A stretch of DNA of 60,064 nucleotides from Parabacteroides sp. (GCA_041669165.1 JBAYBT010000001.1:1-60064), one strand, 5' to 3'; positions 8,441 through 18,388 are shown, numbered from the stretch's first letter. The notes: generated from the letters alone by a model not told the origin. Numbers and translations are program-made.

Positions 8441-9997
8441 ATGATAAATATGGACAGACGTGATTTTCTTAAAGCTGGAGGTATGGCTATGATTGGTTCT
8501 TTAGCTTCTCCAACAATTTTTGGTGCGCCAGAAATAACAAAGGCTTTGAGTGATAAATCAGCAATAACTAAAGCTGTAGGAGTCACTTTTGCTATTAATC
8601 ATTTCGGGACAAGCGAAAATGATTTAAAAAAAGTATTGGCGACAGCTCTTGAAAAAGGAGGTGATTATGCAGACCTTTTTTTCGAGCATACTTACCAAAA
8701 CAATCTGGGATTGCAGGATGGTGCAGTGAACCGTGCCTCTTCGAATATTGATTACGGTATGGGAGTACGCGTTATCTCGGGTGACCAAACGGGTTATGCC
8801 TATGTTGAGAATCTTACACTTTCGGAAATGCTGAAAGCGGCTCATACGGCGGCACGAATTGCCTCCGGAATGGGGAACAAAAATCCAGCGAATCTGACGG
8901 AAGAGACAATTACACATAACCATTATGGCGTTAAAACCGCATGGGATGATATTGCTGTTAACCAAAAACGCCCTCATCTACAAAAATTGAATGATCAGAT
9001 TTTTGCATTAGACAAAAGAGTCCATAAAGTAATGGCATTTATGGATGATAGCACATCGCATATTTTCTTCTGTAACTCGGAAGGTCAAATGTATTATGAT
9101 TATCGTCCTATGATTTCTCTTGCTGCTGTTTGCATAATGCAGGAGGGGGATAAAATAGAAAATTCTTTTGCAAGCCGTTCTTTCCGTATGGGTGGAGAAT
9201 TCCTTACGGATGAAATCATCGAAACAATAGCTAAAGAGGCAGTAGATAACACTTCTCTTCTATTTAAAGCAATCAAACCGAAAGGTGGTGAAATGCCGGT
9301 GGTTATGGGAGCCGGCGGATCAGGTATTTTATTGCATGAAGCTATCGGACATGCTTTCGAGGCTGATTTTAACAGAAAGAAGACCTCTATCTTTTCTGAT
9401 AAATTGCACAAAAAGGTTTGCAATGAACATATCAATGTGGTTGATGATGGGACTATTCACTATAATCGTGGCTCTGTTAATATTGATGATGAAGGAAATG
9501 AAGGACAAAAGACTTACTTAGTGAAAAATGGAATTTTGGAGAGCTATATGCATGACCGGATAAGTGCAAAGTTCTATGGCGTTCATCCGACAGGCAATGG
9601 CAGACGTGAATCTTTCAGACAAGTTCCAATTCCTCGTATGCGTGCGACATATATGGAGGCGGGAAATGTGACGGAAGAAGATATTATTTCAACAGTAAAA
9701 AAAGGCATTTATGCTTCTCACTTCACTAATGGACAAGTTCAGATTGGTGCTGGTGATTTCACGTTCTTTGTTAAAGACGGTTACTTGATTGAGGATGGAA
9801 AACTCACACAACCTATTAAGGATGTCAATATTATTGGTAATGGACCTAAAGCTTTGGCCGACATTACGATGGTAGGGAATAATTATCAGATGGATAATGG
9901 AACATGGACGTGCGGTAAAGATGGACAATCTTGTCCTGTAACTTGTGGTATGCCATCTGCCTTAGTTAGTAAACTGACGGTTGGAGGTGAAAGCTGA
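8441..9997 (+). CDS. tldD: TldD metalloprotease subunit with Tat signal
   Basis: MDRRDFLK twin-arginine leader (start may be 8450); LLHEAIGH zinc motif; GNGRRES...PRM; TCGKDGQ. Confidence 0.92.
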   Translation: MINMDRRDFLKAGGMAMIGSLASPTIFGAPEITKALSDKSAITKAVGVTFAINHFGTSENDLKKVLATALEKGGDYADLFFEHTYQNNLGLQDGAVNRASSNIDYGMGVRVISGDQTGYAYVENLTLSEMLKAAHTAARIASGMGNKNPANLTEETITHNHYGVKTAWDDIAVNQKRPHLQKLNDQIFALDKRVHKVMAFMDDSTSHIFFCNSEGQMYYDYRPMISLAAVCIMQEGDKIENSFASRSFRMGGEFLTDEIIETIAKEAVDNTSLLFKAIKPKGGEMPVVMGAGGSGILLHEAIGHAFEADFNRKKTSIFSDKLHKKVCNEHINVVDDGTIHYNRGSVNIDDEGNEGQKTYLVKNGILESYMHDRISAKFYGVHPTGNGRRESFRQVPIPRMRATYMEAGNVTEEDIISTVKKGIYASHFTNGQVQIGAGDFTFFVKDGYLIEDGKLTQPIKDVNIIGNGPKALADITMVGNNYQMDNGTWTCGKDGQSCPVTCGMPSALVSKLTVGGES

Positions 9998-10063
9998 CAT
10001 CATCTTATGATGTGAATCGGCAATAATAATAAACAGAAAATATACGTTTTAATAATAAATACT

Positions 10064-11383
10064 ATGATTAGTAGCGAAAATAAAAAGTTAACGCTTTGGG
10101 CTATGGATTTTGCTTTAAAAAATGGCTGCCAAGCTGCACGCGTCACATTATATAATAGCGCAAGCAATTCATTCGAGATAAGGGATATGAAGATGGATCG
10201 ATTACAACAGGCCACAGAAAATAGTTTGGTTATTCATCTTTTCGTTGATGGAAGATTCGGTTCTTTTTCTACAAATCGCCTTGATAAAAACGAATTGGAA
10301 AAGCTTATTCGCAATGGCATAGAATCTACTCGTTTTCTTGCAGAGGATAAAGCACGTACGCTTCCTGATGCCTCTTTATATTATAAAGGAGGACAGCCTG
10401 ATTTAAAATTATTTGATAAAAAGATTGATACAATTCAAACGGATGATAAAATCGCATTAGCTAAAAGCGTTTGTAATGAAATGATGGGAAAAGACAGCCG
10501 AGTTATTTCTGCAAACTCCTCATATAGTGATGAAATGGATTCTACATACATGATAGCAAGTAATGGCTTCGAAGGCGAATCTTCAGGTTCTTCATTCAGC
10601 ATCAGTGCAAGTATAAGTATAAAAGGAGATGGTGATGCCAGACCTGAGTCTTATTGGTATGATTCTTCTTTATATTATGATACCCTGATTAAAGAAGGTA
10701 TTGGTAAAAAAGCCCTGGAACGCGTACTACGTAAGTTGGGACAAAAGAAAACCAATTCAGGGAAGTCTATGATGGTTGTAGACAACATGAATTCGTCTCG
10801 CCTGCTTTCTCCTGTAATTGATGCACTTTATGGTTCTTCCATTCAACAAAAGAATTCTTTCTTGCTGGACAAGCAAGATCAGAAAGTCTTTGGTGAAAAA
10901 ATGACGCTTATGGATGAACCTCATTTGGTTGAAACACCGGGAGCGCGTTATTTTGATAATGAAGGGGTTGCCACAAAACTTATGCCTGTAATTGAAAAAG
11001 GTATTCTGAAAAATTATTATATAAATACTTATATCGCTAATAAGATGGAAATTAAACAAACAATTTCCTCTCCTTCTGTCTTAACGATGGATATGAGCGA
11101 CAATAATATGGATGCTTTAATTGCATCAGTGGATAAAGGAATTCTGGTTACGGGGTTCAATGGAGGAAACTGCAATAGTTCAACAGGCGATTTCTCATAT
11201 GGGATTGAAGGATTCCTAATAGAAAATGGGAAACAGACTCAACCTGTTTCTGAAATGAATGTAACAGGAAACATGATTACACTTTGGAATAACCTGATAA
11301 AAGTCGGCAATGATCCCAGATCATTCTCAAGTTGGCGTATTCCTTCTCTATTGTTCGATGAAGTAGATTTTAGTGGTTTATAA
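10064..11383 (+). CDS. pmbA: PmbA/TldE non-catalytic partner
   Basis: FDNEGVAT, GGNCNSSTGDFS, PVSEMNVTGN, PSLLF motifs; no HExxxH; no signal peptide; directly follows tldD. Confidence 0.9.
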   Translation: MISSENKKLTLWAMDFALKNGCQAARVTLYNSASNSFEIRDMKMDRLQQATENSLVIHLFVDGRFGSFSTNRLDKNELEKLIRNGIESTRFLAEDKARTLPDASLYYKGGQPDLKLFDKKIDTIQTDDKIALAKSVCNEMMGKDSRVISANSSYSDEMDSTYMIASNGFEGESSGSSFSISASISIKGDGDARPESYWYDSSLYYDTLIKEGIGKKALERVLRKLGQKKTNSGKSMMVVDNMNSSRLLSPVIDALYGSSIQQKNSFLLDKQDQKVFGEKMTLMDEPHLVETPGARYFDNEGVATKLMPVIEKGILKNYYINTYIANKMEIKQTISSPSVLTMDMSDNNMDALIASVDKGILVTGFNGGNCNSSTGDFSYGIEGFLIENGKQTQPVSEMNVTGNMITLWNNLIKVGNDPRSFSSWRIPSLLFDEVDFSGL

Positions 11384-11398
11384 TTTCAATATAAATAT

Positions 11399-11435
11399 AA
11401 AAGAGTTCGGTCTGCCTTCTTGACCGGACTCTTTT
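11399..11435. terminator. Bidirectional intrinsic terminator between pmbA and the acyl-CoA synthetase
   Basis: AAAAGAGTTCGGTC-9 nt-GACCGGACTCTTTT, between convergent genes. Confidence 0.8.
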
Positions 11436-11445
11436 GTGTATCAGT

Positions 11446-13506
11446 TTACTTTTCTATTCGTATTCGTGAATCCACAGCATAAAGGCCTCGATCTGTGGCG
11501 ATGAGTGGATTGATATCCATTTCCTTAATCTCACTGGCAAAACGGAGTAATGTAGATAAACGGACAATAATATCAGCATATTGTTGTTCATCAACGCCAT
11601 TTTGTCCGCGTGTCCCTTTAATTATCGGATAACCCTTTAAGGAATGAATCATGGAAAATGTCTCTTCATACGACAATGGCGCTAAACCATAAGAGACATC
11701 TTGAAGAACTTCTACAAAAATACCCCCTAAACCACAAAGAACAACATGTCCAAAGCGATTTTCATACTTTGCGCCCAAAAATAATTCCGTCCCTTTCAAC
11801 ATGGGTTGAACCATTATTCCCGTAACATCAGGTATACGCATCATTCGTTCTATCTCGAACAATAAATGTTCTTCACTGCGAATGTTTAAGGCTACACCTC
11901 CAATATCGCTCTTATGAACAGGACCTACCACTTTGGCCACAACAGGAAATTTAACTTTTTTCGCGAAAGCTAATAGTTCATCCTTATCATTTGATACTAA
12001 TTCATCCACCACAGGTATATTGGCTGCTTGTAAAAGAACACGAACATCTTTCGCACTTAAGAAACCGCTTTGCGGTAAATGATCTACAATGCGGCGAACA
12101 GCAGGAACATCAACGCCATAAAGCTGAATATCGGTACTCATGGGTTTAGGTGTATTCAGCACTCGTGATAAAGCGGTTCCCAATGTAACTTCATCTGAAA
12201 AATTAACATGCCCTTTCTTAATGAAACTTTTCACTTCGGGCCCTGCTGTAACAATTGAAGGTAATACAGGGAAAATAGGTTTTTTGCATTCTTCCATCTT
12301 CTTATGAAGAACTTCATAAGTGTCATACAATTTTACTAAACCAGGACTTCCAAATATAACCATCATTAAATCGATATTATCAAAGCGATTTTCACAAAAA
12401 TCGATAGCAGTTGCAAGATGCTCAGGTGTTCCTGTACCAATAATATCAATAGGATTTCCCACAGCGGCACCTGAATAGAGCTTTGATTTCAGTTCTGCAG
12501 CTACAGGCCCTTCCAATTTCGGAACATTCAAACGCCCTTTCGATAATGCGTCAGCAAGCATAACGGCTGGACCACCGGCTTGAGTAATCACTGCACAATT
12601 CTTTCCCTTAACCTCTTTTAATGTAAATATACAAGCAACAGTAGTCAACTCTTCACGGCTGAAACAACGAACAATACCGGCTTTACGAAATAGCGCTTCG
12701 ACAGCTGCATCTGAACTTGCAATAGCCCCTGTATGCGAAAATGCTGCACGTTTTCCTGCATCGGTACTACCGGATTTAATGGCAGCGATACGACAACCTT
12801 TACGAATTAAAGAAGAAGCATGAAATAAAAGCTTATCCGGCTCTTTTATCTGTTCTATATATAGCATCTTTATTTTCGAATCAAGTACGGGATCAAATGT
12901 TCTATCCATATATTCTAAAGCATCTTCTACGCCAATTTGCGCTGAATTACCAACAGACCATACAGAAGAAAAACGTAACCCTTTGGTTAAAGCTGATTCA
13001 ATAATAAACAATGCAGTAGCACCCGAACTTGAAATAAAATCTACTCCTCCAAGACTAAATTCCGGTATAGGTTGTGTAAAAACTCCATGGAAATTCATAT
13101 TCATCAAGCCAATACAATTCGGACCTATCAAGGATGCTCCTACTTCATTTATTGTATCAACAATCTTTTTTTCTAAAAGCTCGCCTTCGTGAGATTCTTC
13201 TCCGAAACCGGCAGATACGATAATAAATGCACGAACATGTTTATGTCTTGCCAAAACTTCAACGATTTCAGGACACGAATTTCGGGGAACAGAAATGATA
13301 GCCATTTCTGTCTCAGGGGCATCGTTTACTGAACGATAAGATTTAAGACCTTGTACGTCATCCTCTTTAGCGTTTACGACACATAACTCTCCCTTATATT
13401 TACCGTCTAATAAGTTACGTACTATACGGCCTCCCGGTTTATGAATATTATTGGAGCCTCCCACTACAACAATACTTTGCGGATTGATTAACTCTTGGTT
13501 GATCAT
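11446..13506 (-). CDS. Acetate/acyl-CoA ligase (ADP-forming), fused alpha-beta
   Basis: CoA-binding N-terminus (PQSIVVVGGS, IGPNCIG), SHTGAIA phospho-His motif, C-terminal ATP-grasp (HKSDIGGV, EMDINPL). Confidence 0.88.
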   Translation of the reverse strand: MINQELINPQSIVVVGGSNNIHKPGGRIVRNLLDGKYKGELCVVNAKEDDVQGLKSYRSVNDAPETEMAIISVPRNSCPEIVEVLARHKHVRAFIIVSAGFGEESHEGELLEKKIVDTINEVGASLIGPNCIGLMNMNFHGVFTQPIPEFSLGGVDFISSSGATALFIIESALTKGLRFSSVWSVGNSAQIGVEDALEYMDRTFDPVLDSKIKMLYIEQIKEPDKLLFHASSLIRKGCRIAAIKSGSTDAGKRAAFSHTGAIASSDAAVEALFRKAGIVRCFSREELTTVACIFTLKEVKGKNCAVITQAGGPAVMLADALSKGRLNVPKLEGPVAAELKSKLYSGAAVGNPIDIIGTGTPEHLATAIDFCENRFDNIDLMMVIFGSPGLVKLYDTYEVLHKKMEECKKPIFPVLPSIVTAGPEVKSFIKKGHVNFSDEVTLGTALSRVLNTPKPMSTDIQLYGVDVPAVRRIVDHLPQSGFLSAKDVRVLLQAANIPVVDELVSNDKDELLAFAKKVKFPVVAKVVGPVHKSDIGGVALNIRSEEHLLFEIERMMRIPDVTGIMVQPMLKGTELFLGAKYENRFGHVVLCGLGGIFVEVLQDVSYGLAPLSYEETFSMIHSLKGYPIIKGTRGQNGVDEQQYADIIVRLSTLLRFASEIKEMDINPLIATDRGLYAVDSRIRIEK

Positions 13507-13540
13507 GACATTCTGATTAATTTAATTCAATAATCACGCA

Positions 13541-13548
13541 CAAATATA
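13541..13548 (-). promoter_or_regulatory. -7 element (TATATTTG) for the acyl-CoA ligase
   Basis: caaatata on +, 35 nt upstream of the ATG. Confidence 0.55.
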
Positions 13549-13633
13549 GTATTGTTCTTCTGCAAAACCATATATTTATCAAAAAAATATTTACACTTTG
13601 CATATTTTCTTAAGCTAGTGGTTCGAAATGTAA

Positions 13634-14920
13634 TTATTGTTTATGAGTCATAATATCTAGCACAATACGATCTGTGACCTCCATTCCTTTTGAACCTATT
13701 GTGGTTAGGTTGGCAATAGACTTATCTACGTCTTCATCTATAATTCCTTCAGCGGAAGTAACGACCTTATTTTCTATAGCCATTAAGGCAGATAGCATGG
13801 CAGTAGAAACACCACTGGATACTTTTAATGCACAACTAGGTTTAGCGCCATCGCATATCATGCCTGTGATGTTGCCAATCATATTTTTAATCGCATATGA
13901 TATTTGTGTTTTATTTCCTCCCATCAAATACGTTATACCACAACTAGCTCCTGTTGCTGCGACGACACAACCACAAAGCGCTGACAATCTTCCAAGACTT
14001 TGCTTGACATATATAACCATCAAGTGACTTAATGTGAGAGCCCGGATTAATTGTTCATCATTACATTTAATATCTTCAGCAAAAGAAAAAACAGGCAATG
14101 TGGCTGCAATACCCTGATTTCCGCTCCCCGAATTGCTCATCACAGGAATCAAAGCTCCATCCATTCGTGCATCGCATGCTGCAGCAGTCATCGTCAACAT
14201 ATGAGTATATGCAGAATCTCCCATAAATTTACGACCATAGACGCCGGAAATAGTTCCACTAATAGAATGGCCATAGTTTCCTTTCATCGCTTCCATTGCA
14301 GCCTTTTTATTTAATTCAGCTGTTTTTAGAATAAATCGTATATCTTCTATTGGCATTTCCATCGCAAATTCATAGACAATAGAAAAAGACAAATTCAATT
14401 CATCATCGCATAATTCCTGATTCAGGCTATTGATATCTCTTATGTCAAACAGCGATTGTCCATTTTTTTCAATATAAACAAAATGAGTATGTTCATGGCA
14501 AATAATAACTTCTGAGTGGTTTTCACCGGCATGACAGACTATTTCAATATAGAGTTTATCAACATTTTCTTTCAGATTAATATGGATGCATTTGTTTTTT
14601 ATCATTTGCTTACCTTTCTCAATGGCACTTTGGGTTACATCGCGCAGTACTTCCAGTCCATAATCCGATTTGCCGATAAGCACACCTAGAGCAATAGAAA
14701 TGGGTAGTCCTATCATTCCTGTGCCTGGAATACCTACTCCCATCGCATTTTTCAGAATGTTAGCACTTAGGTATACATCAATACGATCAGGTTTACTTTC
14801 CAAAACTTCTGCTGCTTTTGCTGCAGCCAGAGCCACAGCCATCGGTTCTGTACAACCAATGGCAGGAACAACTTCTTGATGAATGAGTCTAATAATTTGA
14901 GCCTTTGTCGTATCGTTCAT
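13634..14920 (-). CDS. cyuA: L-cysteine desulfidase (YhaM/CyuA, serine dehydratase alpha-like family)
   Basis: PAIGCTEP, KNAMGVGIPGTG, DARMDG, SNSGSGNQG, LSALCGC, GMICDGAKPSCALK. Confidence 0.85.
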   Translation of the reverse strand: MNDTTKAQIIRLIHQEVVPAIGCTEPMAVALAAAKAAEVLESKPDRIDVYLSANILKNAMGVGIPGTGMIGLPISIALGVLIGKSDYGLEVLRDVTQSAIEKGKQMIKNKCIHINLKENVDKLYIEIVCHAGENHSEVIICHEHTHFVYIEKNGQSLFDIRDINSLNQELCDDELNLSFSIVYEFAMEMPIEDIRFILKTAELNKKAAMEAMKGNYGHSISGTISGVYGRKFMGDSAYTHMLTMTAAACDARMDGALIPVMSNSGSGNQGIAATLPVFSFAEDIKCNDEQLIRALTLSHLMVIYVKQSLGRLSALCGCVVAATGASCGITYLMGGNKTQISYAIKNMIGNITGMICDGAKPSCALKVSSGVSTAMLSALMAIENKVVTSAEGIIDEDVDKSIANLTTIGSKGMEVTDRIVLDIMTHKQ

Positions 14921-14940
14921 TTGCTTAAGTTTTTATATAT

Positions 14941-16140
14941 TCATGCATCTGCTTTTTGCTTATTAGGCAAAACCAAATTCAATACAACGCCTAATATAGC
15001 TGAAAGTCCTATACCAGACAAGGTGAATCCACCGAATTGCAAAACAGCACCACCAACGCCAAAAGTGAGAATCAATGAGATAACGATCATATTTCGCGTA
15101 TTACTTAAATCCACCCGGTTAACAATCAAATTATTAATTCCGACAGAGGCGATAGTTCCAAATAGAAGCATCATAATTCCTCCTAAAACGGGAGATGGTA
15201 TTGATTTAAGGAATGCACTCATTTTACCAATAACCGAAAATGCTATACCTGATATTGCAGCAATACGGATTACCGCTGGGTCCATAATTTTTGTCAACGA
15301 AATAGCCCCTGTAACTTCCGAATAAGTAGTTACAGGAGGTCCGCCTATTAAACCGGCAAACAAACATGCAATGCCATCGCCTAACATCGTACGATGTAAT
15401 CCCGGATCTTTCACAAAATCTTTACCTGTTACTTCATTAATTGCATAAATATCTCCAATATGTTCGATAACCGGTGCAATAGCAACAGGGGCCATATAAA
15501 TAATAGCTTCCCATGAAAACGAAGCATGAACAAACTGAGGTAAGGCAAACCACGGCGCTGCCATAATAGGTGTAAAATCAACCAAACCATAGCAACAACA
15601 TACAATATAGCCGACTATTATGCCACAAAAAATTGGAATTAGTTTTAGTAGGCCCCGTCCCATTAATGTAACAAAAATGGCAGTTATTAGCGAAATAAGA
15701 GCTATAAGCCAATTCTCCTTTGCCATATTTACCCCTGATCCGGCAAGAGACAAACCAATAAGGATAATCACAGGGCCAATCACAATGGGAGGAAAAAGTT
15801 TTTTGATAATACTTACGCCACGCCATTTGATTAACAGACTCATTAGTCCATATACCACCCCTACGGCTGCGATGCCGGACATTGTACCCGGAAGTCCATA
15901 CAATTCCGTTGATTTAATGATTGGTGCAACAAAAGCGAAACTACTACCCAAGAAGATAGGAACTTTCCCCTTAGTAACCAAATGAAAAATTAACGTACCT
16001 ATCCCCGCTGTAAATAAAGCGGTTGAAGGATCTAAACCAACTAACAATGGAACAAGCACAGTTGCACCAAATGCGACAAATAAAAATTGAACTCCGACAA
16101 TAGTCTTTTGGACCGGATTCAAATCCCTCCCGTTTTCCAT
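14941..16140 (-). CDS. uraA: Uracil/xanthine permease (NCS2 family)
   Basis: GVQFLFVAFGATVLVP, FLGSSFAF, EHIGD, PVTTYSE. ATG at 16140, with -7 TACTTTTG at 16166-16173. Confidence 0.9.
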   Translation of the reverse strand: MENGRDLNPVQKTIVGVQFLFVAFGATVLVPLLVGLDPSTALFTAGIGTLIFHLVTKGKVPIFLGSSFAFVAPIIKSTELYGLPGTMSGIAAVGVVYGLMSLLIKWRGVSIIKKLFPPIVIGPVIILIGLSLAGSGVNMAKENWLIALISLITAIFVTLMGRGLLKLIPIFCGIIVGYIVCCCYGLVDFTPIMAAPWFALPQFVHASFSWEAIIYMAPVAIAPVIEHIGDIYAINEVTGKDFVKDPGLHRTMLGDGIACLFAGLIGGPPVTTYSEVTGAISLTKIMDPAVIRIAAISGIAFSVIGKMSAFLKSIPSPVLGGIMMLLFGTIASVGINNLIVNRVDLSNTRNMIVISLILTFGVGGAVLQFGGFTLSGIGLSAILGVVLNLVLPNKQKADA

Positions 16141-16261
16141 GCAATATTGAAGATTATATTTCGGCAAAAGTAATCAAATCTATTAGCTGATGCAATAAAA
16201 CAATGAAATTCCTTTTAATAATTAAAGATTTCGTTATAAATAAAAAGATTATTATGTACCC

Positions 16262-16316
16262 GTAATTTTACTATAAGGAATCTATCTACATACCTATTTG
16301 CAATGAGTAAAATTAC
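16262..16316. repeat. Perfect 11-bp inverted repeat with 33-bp spacer upstream of upxY
   Basis: GTAATTTTACT (16262-16272) and AGTAAAATTAC (16306-16316). Confidence 0.6.
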
Positions 16317-16350
16317 AATCCCATTTAACTGTTCCGAATATATTTATTTG

Positions 16351-16358
16351 TATCTTTG
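16351..16358 (+). promoter_or_regulatory. -7 element (TATCTTTG) for upxY
   Basis: TAnnTTTG match 28 nt before the ATG at 16387. Confidence 0.6.
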
Positions 16359-16386
16359 CACAACGCAACAATTCAATTAATTGTTT

Positions 16387-16881
16387 ATGATTAAATCTAA
16401 CGAAACAAATTGGTATGTTTTATATACAGCACCCCGTGCAGAAAAGCAAGTTGAAGTTCGCATCAATTCAATGAATGTTAAATGCTGGCTTCCGCTCCAT
16501 CGTTGTCCCCGTGTGTGGTCTGATCGCGTTAAATTAGTTGATGTCCCCTTATTTACTTCTTATATTTTTGTTTATACAAATGATACCATTCTTCGCTCTC
16601 TTCTTCGTGTTTATGGAGTTATCCGTATTGTTTATTATGACGGAAAGCCAGCTATAGTACGGCAGTCTGAGATTGATGCTATCAAAGAATTTCTTATCAA
16701 GGCTTCCAATCATCCGCTCTGTCCCGGCGAAGAGGTTGAGATTCTCTGCGGAGCCATGAAACATGTATCCGGAAGAATAGAAAAAATAAGAAAACATCAT
16801 TTGATACTTTATTTAGAGCAGATTGGTGCAACAGTATGCGTAGACCTAAATGCTGTAGTTCAAGTGAATCGTATCAAATAA
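16387..16881 (+). CDS. upxY: UpxY-family transcription antiterminator (NusG paralogue)
   Basis: WYVLYTAPRAEKQV, WSDRVKLVDVPLFTSYIFV, GKPAIVRQSEI NGN domain, plus KOW-like GEEVEILCGAMKHVSG. Confidence 0.9.
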   Translation: MIKSNETNWYVLYTAPRAEKQVEVRINSMNVKCWLPLHRCPRVWSDRVKLVDVPLFTSYIFVYTNDTILRSLLRVYGVIRIVYYDGKPAIVRQSEIDAIKEFLIKASNHPLCPGEEVEILCGAMKHVSGRIEKIRKHHLILYLEQIGATVCVDLNAVVQVNRIK

Positions 16882-18388
16882 TATATAGGTCGCTATATAT
16901 TTTTTCCATATCAATATTTGCTCTGACCAGAGCAGCCAGCTTGTCATATTGTTCCTCTTTGAAAGCTGCATAATTAAAATGTTCGCTGGTCGCTTTCCTA
17001 TTAAATCCATCGGCTAATGCATCTAATACACATGAATTATCAAGAATCCCATGCATATAGGTTCCCCAGCAACGATCATTTAGCCAATAACCATCCATCC
17101 GTCCGTCTTCAAGTCTGTTCACAGGGCTTTCGGAAGTATCATCGACAGATGAAGTTCTTCCCATGTGGATTTCATATCCCCGGCATTTACTATTTGTTGT
17201 TTCGTTCAATCGATTAGATTTATTGCGTAAAAATTGGAAATAGCTCTGGCGCGTAATCTTTTCTTCTTCAATTACGGTGTACTGAGGAAGCAAACCGAGT
17301 CCTGCAGCTACAGGCAAGCAACTTTCCAATCCTTCGGGATCTTCCAGTCTGATACCCATCATTTGATATCCCCCACAGATACCGATTACTTTTTTTCCTT
17401 TTTTATAAGCCCGAATGATTGCATCGGCTACACCATTTGCACGTATGCTCTGCAAATCCGAAAGCGTGCTTTTTGTACCGGGCAGGATGAGAATATCGGC
17501 CTTTTCCAACTCTGAAACATGATTTGTATAATAGACATTGAAGCGGTGATCATTGTCAATTGCATCAAAATCAGTAAAGTTTGACATTTGCTTGAGCAAA
17601 ACAATAGCCACATTAATTTTACCATCGCGATAGGTATTATTCTTCGTATCGAGAACAACCGAATCTTCCTCTTCTATTTTAATATCGTGAAACCAAGGAA
17701 TAACGCCTACAACTGGTATTCCCGTGAGCTCTTCCAGAATCTTTCGTCCGTCATTGAACAAATTCGCATCACCTCTGAATTTATTAATGACAATTCCTTT
17801 CATACAGGCTCGTTCTTCAGGAGTAAGAAGTTCAATGGTTCCATATACGGATCCAAATACGCCGCCTCTGTCGATGTCGGCTACCAAATAAGTTGCAGCA
17901 CCGGCTTTGATCGCCATTCTCATGTTTGTGATATCGCGATCTCTCAGATTAATTTCAGAAATGCTTCCTGCACCTTCCAATACGATGGGGTTGTATTGCG
18001 TTTCTAGTCGTCGAAAAGACTTAACGGCCGCTTCAAATAAATCTTCCTTGTCATATTGAGATCCAAAATAATCCTTGGCGGATAGATTACCTACGGGACA
18101 CCCGTTAAGAACAACCTGTGAACACAGGTCGTTGGTAGGCTTTAGCAAAACAGGATTCATGTCAGTATGAGGTGCAATGCCACAAGCTTCAGCCTGCACT
18201 ACTTGGGCTCTACCCATTTCTCCTCCTTCAGGTGTGGAATATGAGTTGAGCGACATGTTTTGGGCTTTGAAGGGTGCCGGATGGTAGCCGTCCTGTTTGA
18301 ATATACGGCAAAATGCAGAATTAATAATACTTTTGCCTGCGTCAGAACAAGTTCCGACAAACATAATGGGTTTAAGTTGTTGCTTCAT
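16874..18388 (-). CDS. cobQ: Cobyric acid synthase
   Basis: GTCSDAGKS, PFKAQNMSLNS, EGAGS, DIDRGG, SNFTDFD, GICGGYQM, GYEIHMG, GTYMHG. Confidence 0.95.
   Translation of the reverse strand: MKQQLKPIMFVGTCSDAGKSIINSAFCRIFKQDGYHPAPFKAQNMSLNSYSTPEGGEMGRAQVVQAEACGIAPHTDMNPVLLKPTNDLCSQVVLNGCPVGNLSAKDYFGSQYDKEDLFEAAVKSFRRLETQYNPIVLEGAGSISEINLRDRDITNMRMAIKAGAATYLVADIDRGGVFGSVYGTIELLTPEERACMKGIVINKFRGDANLFNDGRKILEELTGIPVVGVIPWFHDIKIEEEDSVVLDTKNNTYRDGKINVAIVLLKQMSNFTDFDAIDNDHRFNVYYTNHVSELEKADILILPGTKSTLSDLQSIRANGVADAIIRAYKKGKKVIGICGGYQMMGIRLEDPEGLESCLPVAAGLGLLPQYTVIEEEKITRQSYFQFLRNKSNRLNETTNSKCRGYEIHMGRTSSVDDTSESPVNRLEDGRMDGYWLNDRCWGTYMHGILDNSCVLDALADGFNRKATSEHFNYAAFKEEQYDKLAALVRANIDMEKIYSDLYII

Noticed and set aside
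10007-10018. 12-mer ATGATGTGAATC shared with 37786-37797
   Set aside because: Repeated 12-mers are expected by chance in 60 kb of AT-rich DNA, and the flanks do not extend the match.
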